DNA from: Chrysomallon squamiferum | Lineage: Eukaryota > Animalia > Mollusca | Assembly (NCBI GenBank): GCA_012295275.1 | Contig: CM022671.1 | Location: forward strand, 31,248,001-31,312,000 | Reading direction: 5' to 3' | DNA length: 64,000 nt | Shown: positions 24,697 to 42,382 of the stretch, one piece after another | How positions within the stretch are numbered: position 1 is the stretch's first letter | Layout: every line of letters starts with the position of its first letter | Position numbers and translations under genes: made by a program | Notes under the pieces: model-generated | The model's database searches: none | The model's input: the letters and a program-made list of their open reading frames with translations, nothing else | What the model was told of the DNA's origin: nothing

Positions 24697-27555
24697 CAAC
24701 AATAATAAGAATAATAATAACAACAATAATAATAGCAAATAAAATAATAATAATAATAGCAATAAAAACAACAATAATAATAATAATAACAACAACAACA
24801 ACAACAACAATAATAATAATAATAGCAACAATAATAATAATAGTAATAATAATAATGATGATAATAATTAGTGATGCTGGCAGTAGTAGTAGTAGTAGTA
24901 GTAGTAACAATAATAACATAATGATCATAATAGTTGTACTTGAGGTGCTGGTAACAACACTGTAGGTATAATTAGTAGCAAGTAATAACAATAATAACAA
25001 ACATTTTGAAAAATAAAATGAACTGAAAAGAAATGAAATAAAATTCTGAAATGACCAAACACTAAAAGAAATAATAAAATAAAAAAATGAAATAAAAATA
25101 ATATAAATATATATATATATTTTAAAAAATAACAGTAAGAGCAAAAGCAAACACTACAATAACATATTATTTAAGCATGTAACTAGGTGTCATTTCCAGT
25201 GTCAAAATTATTAATTTTAATAAACTGAACAAAATGCCCAAATTATTATTACTTAGATAATCCTGTTTTTAATCATTATTTTTTTCTTAACATTTTCAAT
25301 AATCTTGAAACTAAGAGAAACAGCATAATTACAAATGGTTACAAGTTATGTATGTCAGCCAAAGAAATAAAAGCAATCAATAATTTGTACCACCACAGCA
25401 ACACACTGTACTTTAAGTGACACAAAAAAATAATCACACTGAGGTTGTATTAAAAAGAAATTCGAAATAAATAAGTTAAAAGCTGATGTATATCCTATAC
25501 ACAAGCAATGAAATCAATATTTTATGAAAGGTTTATTGATTAAAAATAATTTCATTTTCAAAGTCAACAGAAAACAAACACACTGTATTGTAGTTGAGTG
25601 TATCAGCCAGAACTTAATAATGTATTATTTAGAAAAATAGTGACATCTGTATTAATTTTTCTTTATTTAAAAAAAAAAAAGAAAAAAAAAAAGATAAAAA
25701 ATACATACACTGAATGACAGATTTTGATAGTGGCAAAAAACAACAACAAGACAACAAAAACTAAAAGAAAAGTTTTCAATATTCTTATTCTTCTTCTAGA
25801 ACATTCTTTTCCTGCAACATTTTTTTGAATGGATGGGATGAATGTGACAGACCAACTGGAAGTAACAGATGGATGGACTGATTTAATGATTAAATAGAAG
25901 GACCTGATTAACTGATGGACAAATGAAATGAGCTGGCAACTGTAAGGCTAGATAAGAAAAAAAAAAAAAAAACCAGATGGGTAGAAACTGGGAAGAACAT
26001 ATGACTAAATATATAAATCCTGATTTTTGTAACATTCAAGGTTCTGGAAAAAACTTTCACCTTGATTTAATGGAGATGACAACAGATGATTATTTACGGT
26101 AGTAGCGTTCAGTATGATTTGTATAAGATCCTTTTTCTAAAAACAATATTACTAATTGTAAATATGGTGCCCGTGTAATATTATATACTATTTACTGGTA
26201 TCAGCATGTTAGGTGTAAAGTAAATTAGTTTTACTTACTGTATGGGGCAATGTGGTTCATTAAGGAAGCAGTTTCCTCAAAGCCACCCACCGCGCCTTCT
26301 GGTCCCACAGGAATATCTGCCACACTTGGCACCAGAGACAATATGTCGGCTGAGTTAGACGTAGAACAACCTGGTTGTCATAGAAACAAAACATTTAAGT
26401 AAATATGGCATACAACAACAACAAATCGATTCTTGTGTAAAAAAACAGTAAAAACATAATGAAGACTTGAATGCAGAAAAAAAAAAAAAGAGAAAATATC
26501 TGCAGCAATTCCTTCAGCTACTGCTATCAGTTAGCAGAATGTTAGTCTTTTATGTCATCCTTCTCAATGGCTGGAAAGTATACGGCCAAGCCTTCAATAC
26601 GTCATGTATGATGCAACAACAGCAACTGGGCAAAAAAACACTGTATAAATATTTTTTGTCTATGCATTTAAGGAAAAGTTCTGTAAACAGCTTTTTAAAA
26701 TTTATTTTTTTAAATTCAGATCATGATTTTGAAAAGAAAAAGGGACAAAACTAAATCGAACCTGCAGTGGGTCCACAAGGACTTGATGCCTTGGTCGCTC
26801 CGGAATCAGATGCATCCATACGCTGGGGGCTGTTCTGATCAGAACTCTGACCATTTCTCAGGCGTGGCGACCTCCCTCCTCCCCGTGCCTCTGGGGACCC
26901 CGCCCCATCAAAAGAAGTGTGGGTGTAGTCACTGGAGGAACTGCACGTGGCACTGGCTGATCGAGCCTGAAGATAAACACAAAAATAATCATTATTAAAA
27001 AAAACCCACAACTTTACTGATAATCTTTCTTGTTATCTTTTGGTTTAGAAAGGTTAATTAGGCAGTTGTGTTTTACATTTTATAAACCAACCACAATTAC
27101 AATCCAGATAAACCAATGGCTGTTAGCAACCAGCTATGAGTCGTAGTCTTGTCTCACACTGAAAAAGAAAACATTGGCCACAACTCCATGCATGAACCTG
27201 CTCAACGATTATCTGCGCTGATTAAAGCAGTAAGTGATGATTTACATTAACCTGCCTGTACTCAGACACACACACAAACCTGAGTGTTCAATAACCTGGG
27301 TAAGACCTGCTGTTAACAAAGAAACGACTGTACTGAATGGAGGAACTGGTACGTACCGAGCCCTGTCTCTTTGCTTGTTTCTCCTGTTCTTTCAGCCACT
27401 GCAAGTACGACTCTCTGGCCACCTGCTCCTCAATGGTGTCCTGGGTGAGCTCCCAGTCCGTCTCTCTCAGCTTGTCTTCAAGCATCGCTTTCTCCAGCTG
27501 GAAGTTCTCGGACTGTTTGACAGCGTCCTTCATCAAGTTCTTCTCAGCGAGCTGA

Positions 27556-27586
<31 letters not shown>

Positions 27587-29817
27587 TATACACACACACA
27601 CATACATACATACAAGTAAAAAATACTCTGACTTGTTTGTTACGTATAGTTTTGAATAGATCAGCAAATAAATAAATTACGTATTTTTATATAATTAGTC
27701 AGATGCAGAAAAATAATTTTGCTAAATTTGCTAAACAAACAATTAATGTATTATGTTTTAAAAAAAGTTTTATTCTTCTTCTATTTTTCTTTTTTTTCAC
27801 TTAAAGCAGTGAATTACTGGTTCAAAAAACAACAACAACAACAACACTTGTCTTGAACATCAAGATGGTACTTTCTAGAAACACTGCCAATTGTTTTTGT
27901 TGTTTGTAAATATGCAAAAAACAAAAAAAAAACAATAGATTTTCAAAACACCTACTCCTGGTTGCAGTCCAGGTAAACCTAGCCCCACACCAATGGTTGC
28001 TTTGTATGGGTCAATCACAGAGTTGTAGTGGACACTTCCATGGTAACTCACTCGCATCGGCTCATTGTCTGTTTTGTAAGCACCATGGAAAGTATTTATA
28101 GGCTCTAGAAAAGAAAAAACATTTAAATTTTATAAATTAAAAATTACTGCCTTGATAACATTACACTTATTAATAAAAAAAAAAAATAATAATAAAAATA
28201 GAGGTTCTAGAAATAATATAAAATAATACACAATCAATGGTATTTATAGGACACTCAAGAATACATATATATATATATATATAATTTAAATGTTTTAATA
28301 TTAGAGGTTATTGTTTTGATATACTGGCTCTAAAAATAAAACATGAAAAGTAGTTGTAGGTTCTATAAAAAAAAACCAAAAAAAACACTGACAATATTAA
28401 AAGAATATTTTACTAGAAATGAGTACTGATCAGCTTTATGAACAAAAAGAATATTTTATAAAATTACTTAAAATATTTTTTGACTCTTTATTAATCATGC
28501 ACAAATCATTTACCTGTTCAAATTTATTTTTAAAAAATGCAACAAAAAAAAATCATACCTTGATAAAACAAGTATATTATGATTTTCAAGAAAAGAAAAT
28601 TAAATATATTATGCTCAAGTCCAACAAAGTTTATAATTAGATAATGCATTTGTGGACTTTAAACAAAACAGTGTTTGTCAGTATTACTTACCTATACTAT
28701 ACTGGTAAACTTCTATTGGTCGGTTGAAAAGTTCAGCCATAGCTTGCATTTCTAAATTGTTACCATGGCAACTTTCCATACGTTTTCGATTCAAATATGT
28801 TTTAAAATCTTCGGTCACATATTGCGAAAAGAATTCTGGATTCTTGGCCTTAAAAGAAGAAAAATGACAAAGACACCAAGATTAATTTTGATCGGATGCA
28901 TACATGATAAAAGAAAAAATGTAGTTGTATATATCATATATGTTACATTTTTTCTGATATATAAATAATAAAACAGATTCTGCATTACACTTTAAAAATT
29001 TAAATTCTTCTCCATTTTACAGACAATTCAAAACTACACACACACACACACATATAATGTATATAATTATATAAAAGAAAGAAAACGAAGAAAAAAAAAC
29101 CTGATAATTGACAGTCAGTTATTATTTAACTCTTCCAATTATTCTTGAAGCTTCTGTGAAAATCCTTATTAGAGACCATTCTGTTTATTATGAATTTTTT
29201 TTTTTTTTTTCTGGATTTAAATATTTTTTTAAAAATATTATTTTTTCTTTTTAAATAACAGAATAATAGTTGCTTTACAGGACTGCTTTACTCAGATGCT
29301 TGTATTCCCATTTTCTAATTCTTCAGTATGTGATACACATTTTCTCACACTTACCATATAGTCAATACAGTTTTTTCTGACCACAGAATGCATCTCTTGG
29401 TCTCCATACACTTGGTCAGCTGTGTTCAAAAATAAAATGAACAAAATGAACAAATAGCCATCGCTATATTAAAGTATCTCATTTAATTCTTTTGCTTTTT
29501 TTCAACGAAATCTCCATATAGTGAAAAAAAAGAAATGACCCCTTGCAAGCTTTAACAGTGGAGAAGGAAAAATAAATAAAAAATAAAAAAATGATTTTCT
29601 GTAAAACAGAAAAGCTTATAAATATTACGTTGCTACTAGCATTGTAAATGCTGCATTTCCTTATAAATACTGAAGTATAAGTGAAAAAGATTTACAACAT
29701 CTTTACTTCAAATAATATAAAATTTTACCATATACTAGTTATCTATGACAAAACTGACAGTATTTATGATGAAGTAAATAGGAACAAAGGGAGAAAAGAT
29801 TGTAAAAAAAACCCCAC

Positions 29818-29853
<36 letters not shown>

Positions 29854-31963
29854 GTAGCTAGCAATTTGACAGTAAACTGATAGTTTTGGCACTATTTCTT
29901 AAAAAAGGTTTTAAACAAACATTCATTCACATTTAAAGATTTAAACACTAAGTTAAATCATATTTCTTGACTGTTCTGTAAACTTTCATTTATAACAAAA
30001 CTGATTTTGTAGTTCTGACTATAGATTATTATTATTATTATTATTATTTTTTACAGCAGTTAAAATACAAACCTATAGCCCTAAACAAACAGGCACCATC
30101 TTGCCCCATCCTCTTGATATCAAAACCTTTTTTCTCTTTCAGAGCTTTCTCAAACCATCGTTCCAGCTAGAAAAATAAAATTAAAAATAAATAAAAATTA
30201 AAACAAAAGAAAAAACTTATCTTCATACTTCAATTTTTTAACTAAAAAAAAAAGAAGAAAATAAAAAGGTATATTGTTTCTACATAAATTACCAATAACC
30301 AAATCTGTATGTATTTTGTAATTTACAATATTGAAGGCAATTAATAGATAACTACAGACAAATTTTCTTACATGCATTGTCACTCCAAGCATTTTTGTTT
30401 TTAAATAAATATAACTCTTTGAAAAATGTACATGCAAGCACATATAAATGTGAAATTATCTATTATGCTGTTATTAATAAAATATTGAAATTTCAGTTTT
30501 CAAAAATGCTGTCACCATTTTCTACCAATGTTCTTTTTATGTTCAATTTCAAATGACTGACATTTTAATGACTTTCCTGTCAAACTATTTTGTGCACGTG
30601 TGCTTATCTTTGTGCAATTTGATGACAGATAAGGAAGTTTGTTGTCACCATTCCAAGGATTTTTATAATTAATTTTAAATGTTTTTATATTTTTAGAGGC
30701 ACTGAATTTTTTATCTGCACATTCCTACTGTCAGCAAGGTAGCATCAGTTCACAGCCCAATTTTTTTATACTGACACACACACAGAGAGACACACTGTGG
30801 TAGGTGAATTATAATACAAGTATTCAACAAATGTGCGAAAGTATAAAAAAAGGAAATTATTTACTTTTCTTGACAAAACTTTTAAATCAGTCATATTAAA
30901 GTTAAAACATTATAAACTTTGTCCTCAGAGATATTTGCATAATATAATAAGTCAAACATTAACATGAATCACATGCTTTTATGTCAACATATTTGAAATA
31001 CAACCTTTACATTTATATTTCTTTCAAATTAGTAACTTTAAACTCAAATAATTACAGCAATCAATTAAATCTCATGTTCATTATTACTCTGTCTTAAATG
31101 TAGGGACACTGACTTTATGCAAATGCAGAATCTTGGACAGAATCACAGAATTGGAAATCTTAAATGGAATATGCATTTTTCGGAACTCTCAAACAAAATG
31201 CCAATTTCTTCTGTCACATTAAAGTTTTTATTTTTATCTTCTTTTCTTTTTTTCATTAACAAATATGTATTATTGCAATCCTTACCTGACCATTTCTAAA
31301 GGTAGAAACAATTTCAGTTCAGTAAACAGAAAACACCTTTTTTTTTAAAAAATAAGCAGAATTGGCAATGTTCATAAGCAGAAAATGAACACCTCTTATT
31401 GATAGTGTCTTCATATAAATTTAATTAATACAACTGAAAAAAAAATGATCATTTGTTATGCAAGTATTCATGTTAAGAAAATGAGAACAAAAATTAAAAA
31501 TAATTAGCACCTCATCAATGTTATCAGGAACTTTGGGAGGGCAGTGTTCATCTCCACTATTGTATCCATCCTCACACTGTTGTGATGGACCAGCACTTGG
31601 GCTGTTGGGGGAAAGTGGTGCTGGGGTTGCATGGTTTCTGTGTTTTCTGGCAGTTCTATGGGGTGAAGACCGATGTCTCCGTTTGTTATGACTGGAAGAG
31701 TTATCATGGCTGTCAAATGTTCCACCTGGGTCATGAGTGGGGAGTTTCTCATCTCTAGAAGGTGGTAGCCATCTTGTAGGCGAAGTTCGTCCACGGGCTC
31801 CTTTTTCGTGTCTGGATTCACAGGTTGACGAGTGGTGGTAGTGAGAATGCGAATGGCTATGCGAATGTGGATGGTTATGTCGATTCTCGGAACAGGAAGA
31901 ATGTTCAGAATTTTCTGGATCCGATTTATCTTTTGCTGGTTTCTTCTTCGGTAAAATGGTCAT
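24441..31963 (-). CDS. OTUD5: OTU domain deubiquitinase 5 (DUBA), 9 coding exons, about 539 aa
   Basis: Exons 31963-31511, 30166-30073, 29419-29355, 28848-28692, 28104-27956, 27551-27357, 26966-26762, 26370-26239, 24610-24441. N-terminus MTILPKKKP; GYNSGDE; catalytic DGACLFRA and HYNS; [13 protein letters not shown]; C-terminal UIM-like [24 protein letters not shown]. Confidence 0.95.
24622..24920. repeat. Compound (AAT/AAC/AGT)n tract in the last OTUD5 intron
   Basis: Direct read; it produces the spurious poly-L/I ORFs. Confidence 0.93.
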
Positions 31964-32094
31964 GTTGAGTTTTTGCACTAAAAACGCTTAAACTCCCAGT
32001 CGTCTGATAAACAAAACACTATGTACATTAAATTGTTATAAATGCAAATACTAACAAAAATTGTAAATACACTACACAAAATCGTCTACATAAA

Positions 32095-32130
32095 CCATCT
32101 AATATGGCGTCTCGTCGTGACGTCATATAT
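32095..32130 (-). promoter_or_regulatory. OTUD5 core promoter (CRE plus YY1-like)
   Basis: TGACGTCA 32118-32125 and AATATGGCG 32101-32109, about 140 bp upstream of the ATG. Confidence 0.55.
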
Positions 32131-32846
32131 TTTGATATTTTGTTCCATCTAGTGACAAAAGGTTGTCAAGGGAAGCCACTCTAAATCAATTTGTGAAATG
32201 CTTTTATTTTAGTGTAAGGTAAAACAGTAAGTATTCACCAGTGATGACATTCTATAACTACATGTTAGTAACGTGAATTTTATTTTTTGTGCCTTACATA
32301 TATTACATTCTGCTGTTTCGAAGTGCTTTATTTTATTATTGTGATAACGTAAACAAATTTGTGAATTCAGTAAATGAATAATTATAGAAAACTGTCACAT
32401 GTCACAAATGAGAAATAACATCAGACATATGACTTGTTAATTATAAATGAACATACTATTCTGTAACTGATGGAGACAATACTTTTAAAATAATGTGTAT
32501 ATCATCAGCCTATGCTGTAGCTGTAAATATTACTTAAAGTTATTCTCGTTCAATGCCACTTTCTACAAAGATACTGTATTTTCATTTATTTATTTCATTG
32601 TTATTTAAGAAATGGTTCTAACAAATGTTTCATGTCTGATTTTTGGAATTGTATAATAATACATGGTGGAATATGGATCAATATTTATAATCATGTTCAA
32701 AGTTTATTAAATACTTTAATAATAATAATTACAATTACTTAGTGACATTCTATTTCTAATCTTTTTGAGTTGTTTGACTTCAGTGAATCTTTAAAAACTG
32801 TTTTACTCCTGTTTGAAATTTTATTTGTGTTTTTTTTCTTCTTCTT

Positions 32847-32877
<31 letters not shown>

Positions 32878-33042
32878 TTATTATTATTATTATTATTATT
32901 AATTTATTTATTTATTTTTTTAAATGTATTTGATAAAAGCTAATCCACAAATATATACCAATGTTTACAAGTCCCTAAGCGGACATCTATTTAATTAAAT
33001 ACTTATAATTTATAATTAATAAAATTAATTAAACCTCTGTAG

Positions 33043-33351
33043 CAGTGACTGACCTACATTTTTGTGGGCCCTGAAGTTTTAATTGTTATGAGAGCCTCTT
33101 GCAACCAGAAATGAGATGTAAGTAATTACTGTTATTTTGTAAAATTGGGGGTTGTTGTACCATGACAGATCAACAAATTTTTGGGGAAATCTTTTGCTGG
33201 AAAGATAAACTGTTACTTCTAGCTTTTTTTTATCAGTCAGAAACAAATATCTTTCACATATTTGTCTAGCCTCTGTCCATTGACCAGTCCAGTATGGTTG
33301 TCCCTTACAGAGAAGCTAATGCTCCTGCTGGCACAGATCTTTGGGTCACTG
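33043..33351. mobile_element. Possible decayed hAT-like MITE
   Basis: Short inverted ends CAGTGAC...GTCACTG, a subterminal TTTTGTGGGCCCTGAAG, and higher GC than the flanks. Confidence 0.3.
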
Positions 33352-36300
33352 AAACATACCTCTAATTTTATTTTTACGCTGAAATTATCAATTTCCTTTT
33401 AATATTATGAACAATGTATATTTGTTTCTGTAACTTTTTTAAAGTAATGTATAGACTTTTTTTTGTGTATATATGCATAAAATAAAAAAGGAAATCGGCC
33501 GATATGACCTTCAGTTTAATAGAAGTTAATGTAGCTCCACGTCATATAAACATATTCTACATGGTTTAATGTTTGAAAACCTCACATTTTCTTTTTGAAT
33601 GTTTTCCATTATTTTGTTATTATTAAACATTTTCTACAAGGTCACAAACATTGGTTTTTGACGTTTATTATTATTTGTAGTAACAAACTTTGTACAAAGT
33701 ACACTGCAATCAAGATTAAGTTTTTAAACTGAACCTTGTTTAGCCTTATCTTGTCATCACAAACACATATTGATAACTTTAACTATTGTTTGTTTTTAAA
33801 AATTTTATATTTATTGTTGATGTTGTTTGGATTTTTTAAACAAAATGATAAGTGTATTCTAACAATTTCTTTATTAGTTTGATGGGGTGTCACACACCAT
33901 TGTTTTAGCACTATTGTTTTTGAATGTTCATCTCCTTTCTGAAATCCAGAATGAGCCACATTAATAATTTGCTAATAATTTTCAACCCTCAAGTTTAATG
34001 CATCATTAATACATTTTTTAAGAATTACGTGTTAAATTTGCGTTTTTATGTTGTTTTTACTTCAATGCCAAGTATTATTGCAGGTAAAAAACAAACAAGA
34101 AAAAACAACTAAATAAAAAAAGAAATTAAGTAAAACTCACTTGATTTGATTATTTTATTTATTTCTATACAAGAAAGAAAAAGGTGGACAGAAACTTAGT
34201 GACAAAAAAAACCTTCAATAAATAATAAAATAATAATAGTAAACACATTTTTAAAATGTTATGTGACCAGATAACAGTACATGCATTTATCACTGCTGTG
34301 AATGAAAATTATTTTTGTACTAATAAGATGTAGATATTCTGAATAAATATTAAGAAAAAAAACCCAGGTGAAAGTCTTTCAGCATTATTCAAGGCCTTTT
34401 CTTGAATGTTTGAATATTTGAACATCAAAACTCGCATTTAATAAAACATACCGGCAAGCACCACATTTTGCTTGTTTAAAAAGACAATTAAAAATTCACT
34501 CTCTAACCTTCTAAACAAAAAAAAAAAAAAAAAAGCACCATTCATAACATTTGTGAGATCAGTTGCATCAGTTTTCGAAGTTACACTAAAATGCTATGAC
34601 TGGAATAACATCTATACTTACTGTATGAATATCAAAATTTAGTTTTTTTTTATGAGGCATCATTTTTGAAACTGACTAAAGAAATGACTGACAGACATTT
34701 AACACTGATATATCTTTAGGTTTTTCTTATTACCATGACTGCTGATGTTAAAATTCAGAATTAATTAATACTTTGCCATATATTTATGTTAAATAAAAAT
34801 ATTTAAAAATAAAAGAATAAATAATAGAGACGAAACATACACTTTATTCAAGATGCAACATGCTAATTTTATACAATTTTTTTTTAATTATCATTTATTT
34901 ACAAAGAATGTTTGTAATGCTTGCCACCTTCAATTGCACATCAACTAACCCTGAAAAATTAGATACATACATATATATATATGTAATTATATACATAATG
35001 CATACAGCTGATACATTTCACAAATTGCTACACTTTTATTATTTTCTTAAACTCCTTTATCTGAATGATTCAGAATTTTTTGTAATAGCCAATTAACAAT
35101 TGAATCCATCTCATTATGTAAATCTTTACTTACATTTTCATGACCACAGCATTACATTTGAAGTTTGTACAATGACAAAACTGAAGTAAACAAATCTTTT
35201 AAATGTATTAAAAACCTAAATATATCATGAAACAAGCTGTAGAAAATTTATATATAAATATTTTTCTCTTTCAATAACTATATCTCCAACAGGCCATCAA
35301 CAAACTTTTATTTATCATTGGTTACTAAAACAAATAATATTTTAAAAGAATAAAGATGAAAACTGAATTTAACAATACAGCAATATTTGTATTAATTTTC
35401 ACATCATCTTTTTATCCATAAAAAGTTGAGGATTATTGTGGTTTATTTCTTTTATACTTTTATTTTAGGAAGCCTTAATCTGAAATCAAATGTGACTAAT
35501 TTCATCTCACTGCAAGAAACATTTTCAAGTGATATTATTCTTCTAAAGGCAAAATAAAGCTTATATTGGAACTGGAAGTGAAAGCATGTTAGTTCTTAAA
35601 AAAAAGAAAAAACCCCTAAACAGTAACAACTAATAATAAAAATTAACACCTAATCAACCACTTTTTGAAGTATTTAAAAATCTCAGTTATTTTATTTCAA
35701 ACATTATTCAGTTATAAATCTGCCTTTAAAGGTGAATTTCACAATGTTGTTCATTATTTTTAAAGTACAATGATACAAATGACAAATATTACTAAAACAT
35801 CTGCTTCACTATTGATTAGTTCTTAAAAAAAAGAAGAAATCTTGTTATGGCATAATGATATTTGAATTATGATGCATGATTGTGCCAAAAACATGAACCA
35901 GTTACAAATTTATCCCAGCATACATACAAGAGCAACGAGTAATTTATTTATATACATTAGAAACTATCGATATCAATTTAGCAAAAGTATCACTCAATTC
36001 ATCACACTTCAGCACGTTCCTAAGTGATAAAAAAATACCAAAGAATGAAAACAAATTAAAATAAAAGACAATTTGTAGAAATATTAATGATGTATCTTAA
36101 AAAAGGAACAACAATATTAAAGGAACTTAACCCAGCAGTCCTCTCAGGTTTAAGTAAAACAATGCCAGATTAAAAAAAAAAAATTGGTAATATTTATCTG
36201 TAGGAAAAATTAACAGACATTATTCGTAGACTTATCATGCTGATAATTTCATAATCAAAACCTGCTGTTACTTAAAATAAAAAAAAGAATAATTTTGGTT

Positions 36301-36641
36301 CTTTGTTCAACAGAAGACACGGCAAGTGTCACTTGAAAAGAATTGAGAAGTGCCATTTACACAGAATTGTAAAACAGCTTTTCAGACATGTATTATAATA
36401 ACAATTATCTGTATGTACTGCTGTACACTTTATACATAAACACTATGACTGGATCACAGGACAAACAAAAATTAAAATTAAAGAAAAAAAAATAATTTAA
36501 AATTTACCAGCCATAGCATATGTCCCTTTTTTTTTTCAGTTAATATACATTTGTTGTTTTTTCTTTGTGTTTCTTTTTTTGCAAATTTTAGCAAGTCCAC
36601 ACAAATAAAAATTTCACTTGTCTAGTGTCAAATCGGCAACA

Positions 36642-40201
<3,560 letters not shown>

Positions 40202-40381
40202 CTTCACCTCAGTATACTGTTATAATCACCTTAAAAAAAAAAAAAAAAAAATGTAAACCTTTCTGTTTATATGACCGTAACTGATAGTGGTTCTAATAAA
40301 AGTTTAAAAAAAAATTATTTCTCTTAAATACAAGGAAGTATTTTGTGCACTTCTTATAAAATTATTATAAATTATCAGTTG

Positions 40382-40431
<50 letters not shown>

Positions 40432-40859
40432 CTGGTCAAATAATAATAAATAAAAGATATAAAAATTAATTAACAACTTTTTAACTGCGACTTTTTAATT
40501 TTTTAAAATTATTTTACTCTTTATGTTTTTATTTCTAAACTGATCACTTTTAATCAGTCGAAAGACCTCATGTAAACTTTATTGTATGAACTCCAGAAAT
40601 AAAAGAAAATAAAGCGATGGACATTAGACCATTATGACCAGCTGACAACAATCACTTCAATGTTTTGAAACCTTCTTTGATTTTAAACGAAATTAATCGT
40701 CTTCTTCGTCTTCATACATAGATACATGAACTGTAAGTCTAACAAACAAAATAATGCATTTATACAAAGTTAAGTTTAATTTTCACTTACTGTATTAACG
40801 TACCTCTAGATCTACGCAGTCTGTTTCTGTCAACAAATCATTGAACTAAAAACACCCTC

Positions 40860-41023
40860 CGTGCAAAATGGCGAAAAGTCTCGTGATCACTTACGTCATT
40901 TTTGTTTCCCAGTATCCCACATGATACAATTATCTAGATATTAATCCACTTTGTTAAGCCTGTCTCGTATGCCAATAATTTATTTTATGTTTAGAAACAT
41001 ATGTCATTCTGAATTGCGAAGTT

Positions 41024-41067
<44 letters not shown>

Positions 41068-41515
41068 TCATAATAGCATATTTAAAATAAGCATACAAAA
41101 TGAAGTAATAAAAATATACTAAAAATAATAAAATAAAATAAAGTAATATAATATAATATAAAAGAAAATAATAATTATTATTTTTATGGCATTCGTGTAT
41201 ATTCAGAATAAAAACAAACAACAGCAACAAAAATATATCTTCTCCCATAATTAATAAATAAATATATTTAATATGCTGATAGTTTCCACTATTTTATTCT
41301 TTGTTGTCAAAGATAGATGATCAGCACAATAACTTTAATTGTCAGGGTTAAATGGAAAAACATGACATACTGATAGTTTATGAATGCTAAGTTAAATACT
41401 TATTGGGGCGATATTTGATAAATTTAATTCTGTACTGATAAAATATCAACAAGTAATAACAGATTTATAGGAAAGGATTTGCAGAGTGGTTATAATTGTT
41501 ATTATTATTATTAGC

Positions 41516-41549
<34 letters not shown>

Positions 41550-41970
41550 TATTTTATTTTATTTATTTGTTACAGCGAGTCAGAAAATTAAAAGAACTGG
41601 CCGTCTTATTTGATCTTACGTATTTTTCTATTTTATTTATTATTTATTTCAAGATTTTATACTTTTTCTATGAATTCTGTATGTTAAGAGTTAAGAGAAG
41701 GACGTCGTATCAAAAAGGTACAAATAGTTGAGGGGTTAATATTGCCAAATATTTTTACTTCCGGGTTTTCACTGCTTTCTGCTAAGAATGGCAGACGAAA
41801 CAAATGAATATTCAAATAATATTGACTTTAACTCCTCTGTTCTTGGTACCAAAGATTAGTAAGTTGTGAATACCTAAATAAACAAAGTCAAACAAATAGG
41901 AATGAATGCGTCATTAGGGTAATGTCAGTCACGTGGATTTAGATCTAAAAATAGTTCGTCATCACGTGCT
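40860..41970. promoter_or_regulatory. Divergent Rab7 / EEF1AKMT2 promoter region
   Basis: YY1-like CAAAATGGCG 40864-40873, CRE-like TTACGTCA 40891-40898, ETS ACTTCCGG 41757-41764, E-boxes GTCACGTG 41928 and ATCACGTG 41961. Confidence 0.5.
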
Positions 41971-42336
41971 GTCAGTATTTGCAACAATACGGGAAATGGC
42001 CTTTAATAAATGATTCATAATAGAGGAAATAGATTTTAATATTATAAATAATATTGTTTTTATAAAAATAATGAGGAATATTTCATTTACAATATTTTTT
42101 TCTTAGTGAACATGATCATAACAAACGACTTAAGAAATAATTCAAATTATTTACTTCTTAAAATTAAATAAATTATGAAAATTGAAATAAACGCAATGCA
42201 TTACTAATAGTAAACTTAATCATAAACTCTGTTATATATCAGATATTTCTTTCGCTACAAGTCGGACTGAACAGTTTTAAAAAAAAAAAATTTGCAGAAT
42301 ACTTTTTACTCTAATTACACTTTATTCAATTAACCA

Positions 42337-42382
<46 letters not shown>

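Noticed and set aside
24587-25150. Long hydrophobic ORFs (also 1314-1769, 14903-15475, 43543-43761, 44391-44642 and others)
   Set aside because: They are translations of microsatellites or low-complexity AT-rich DNA with no recognisable domains.
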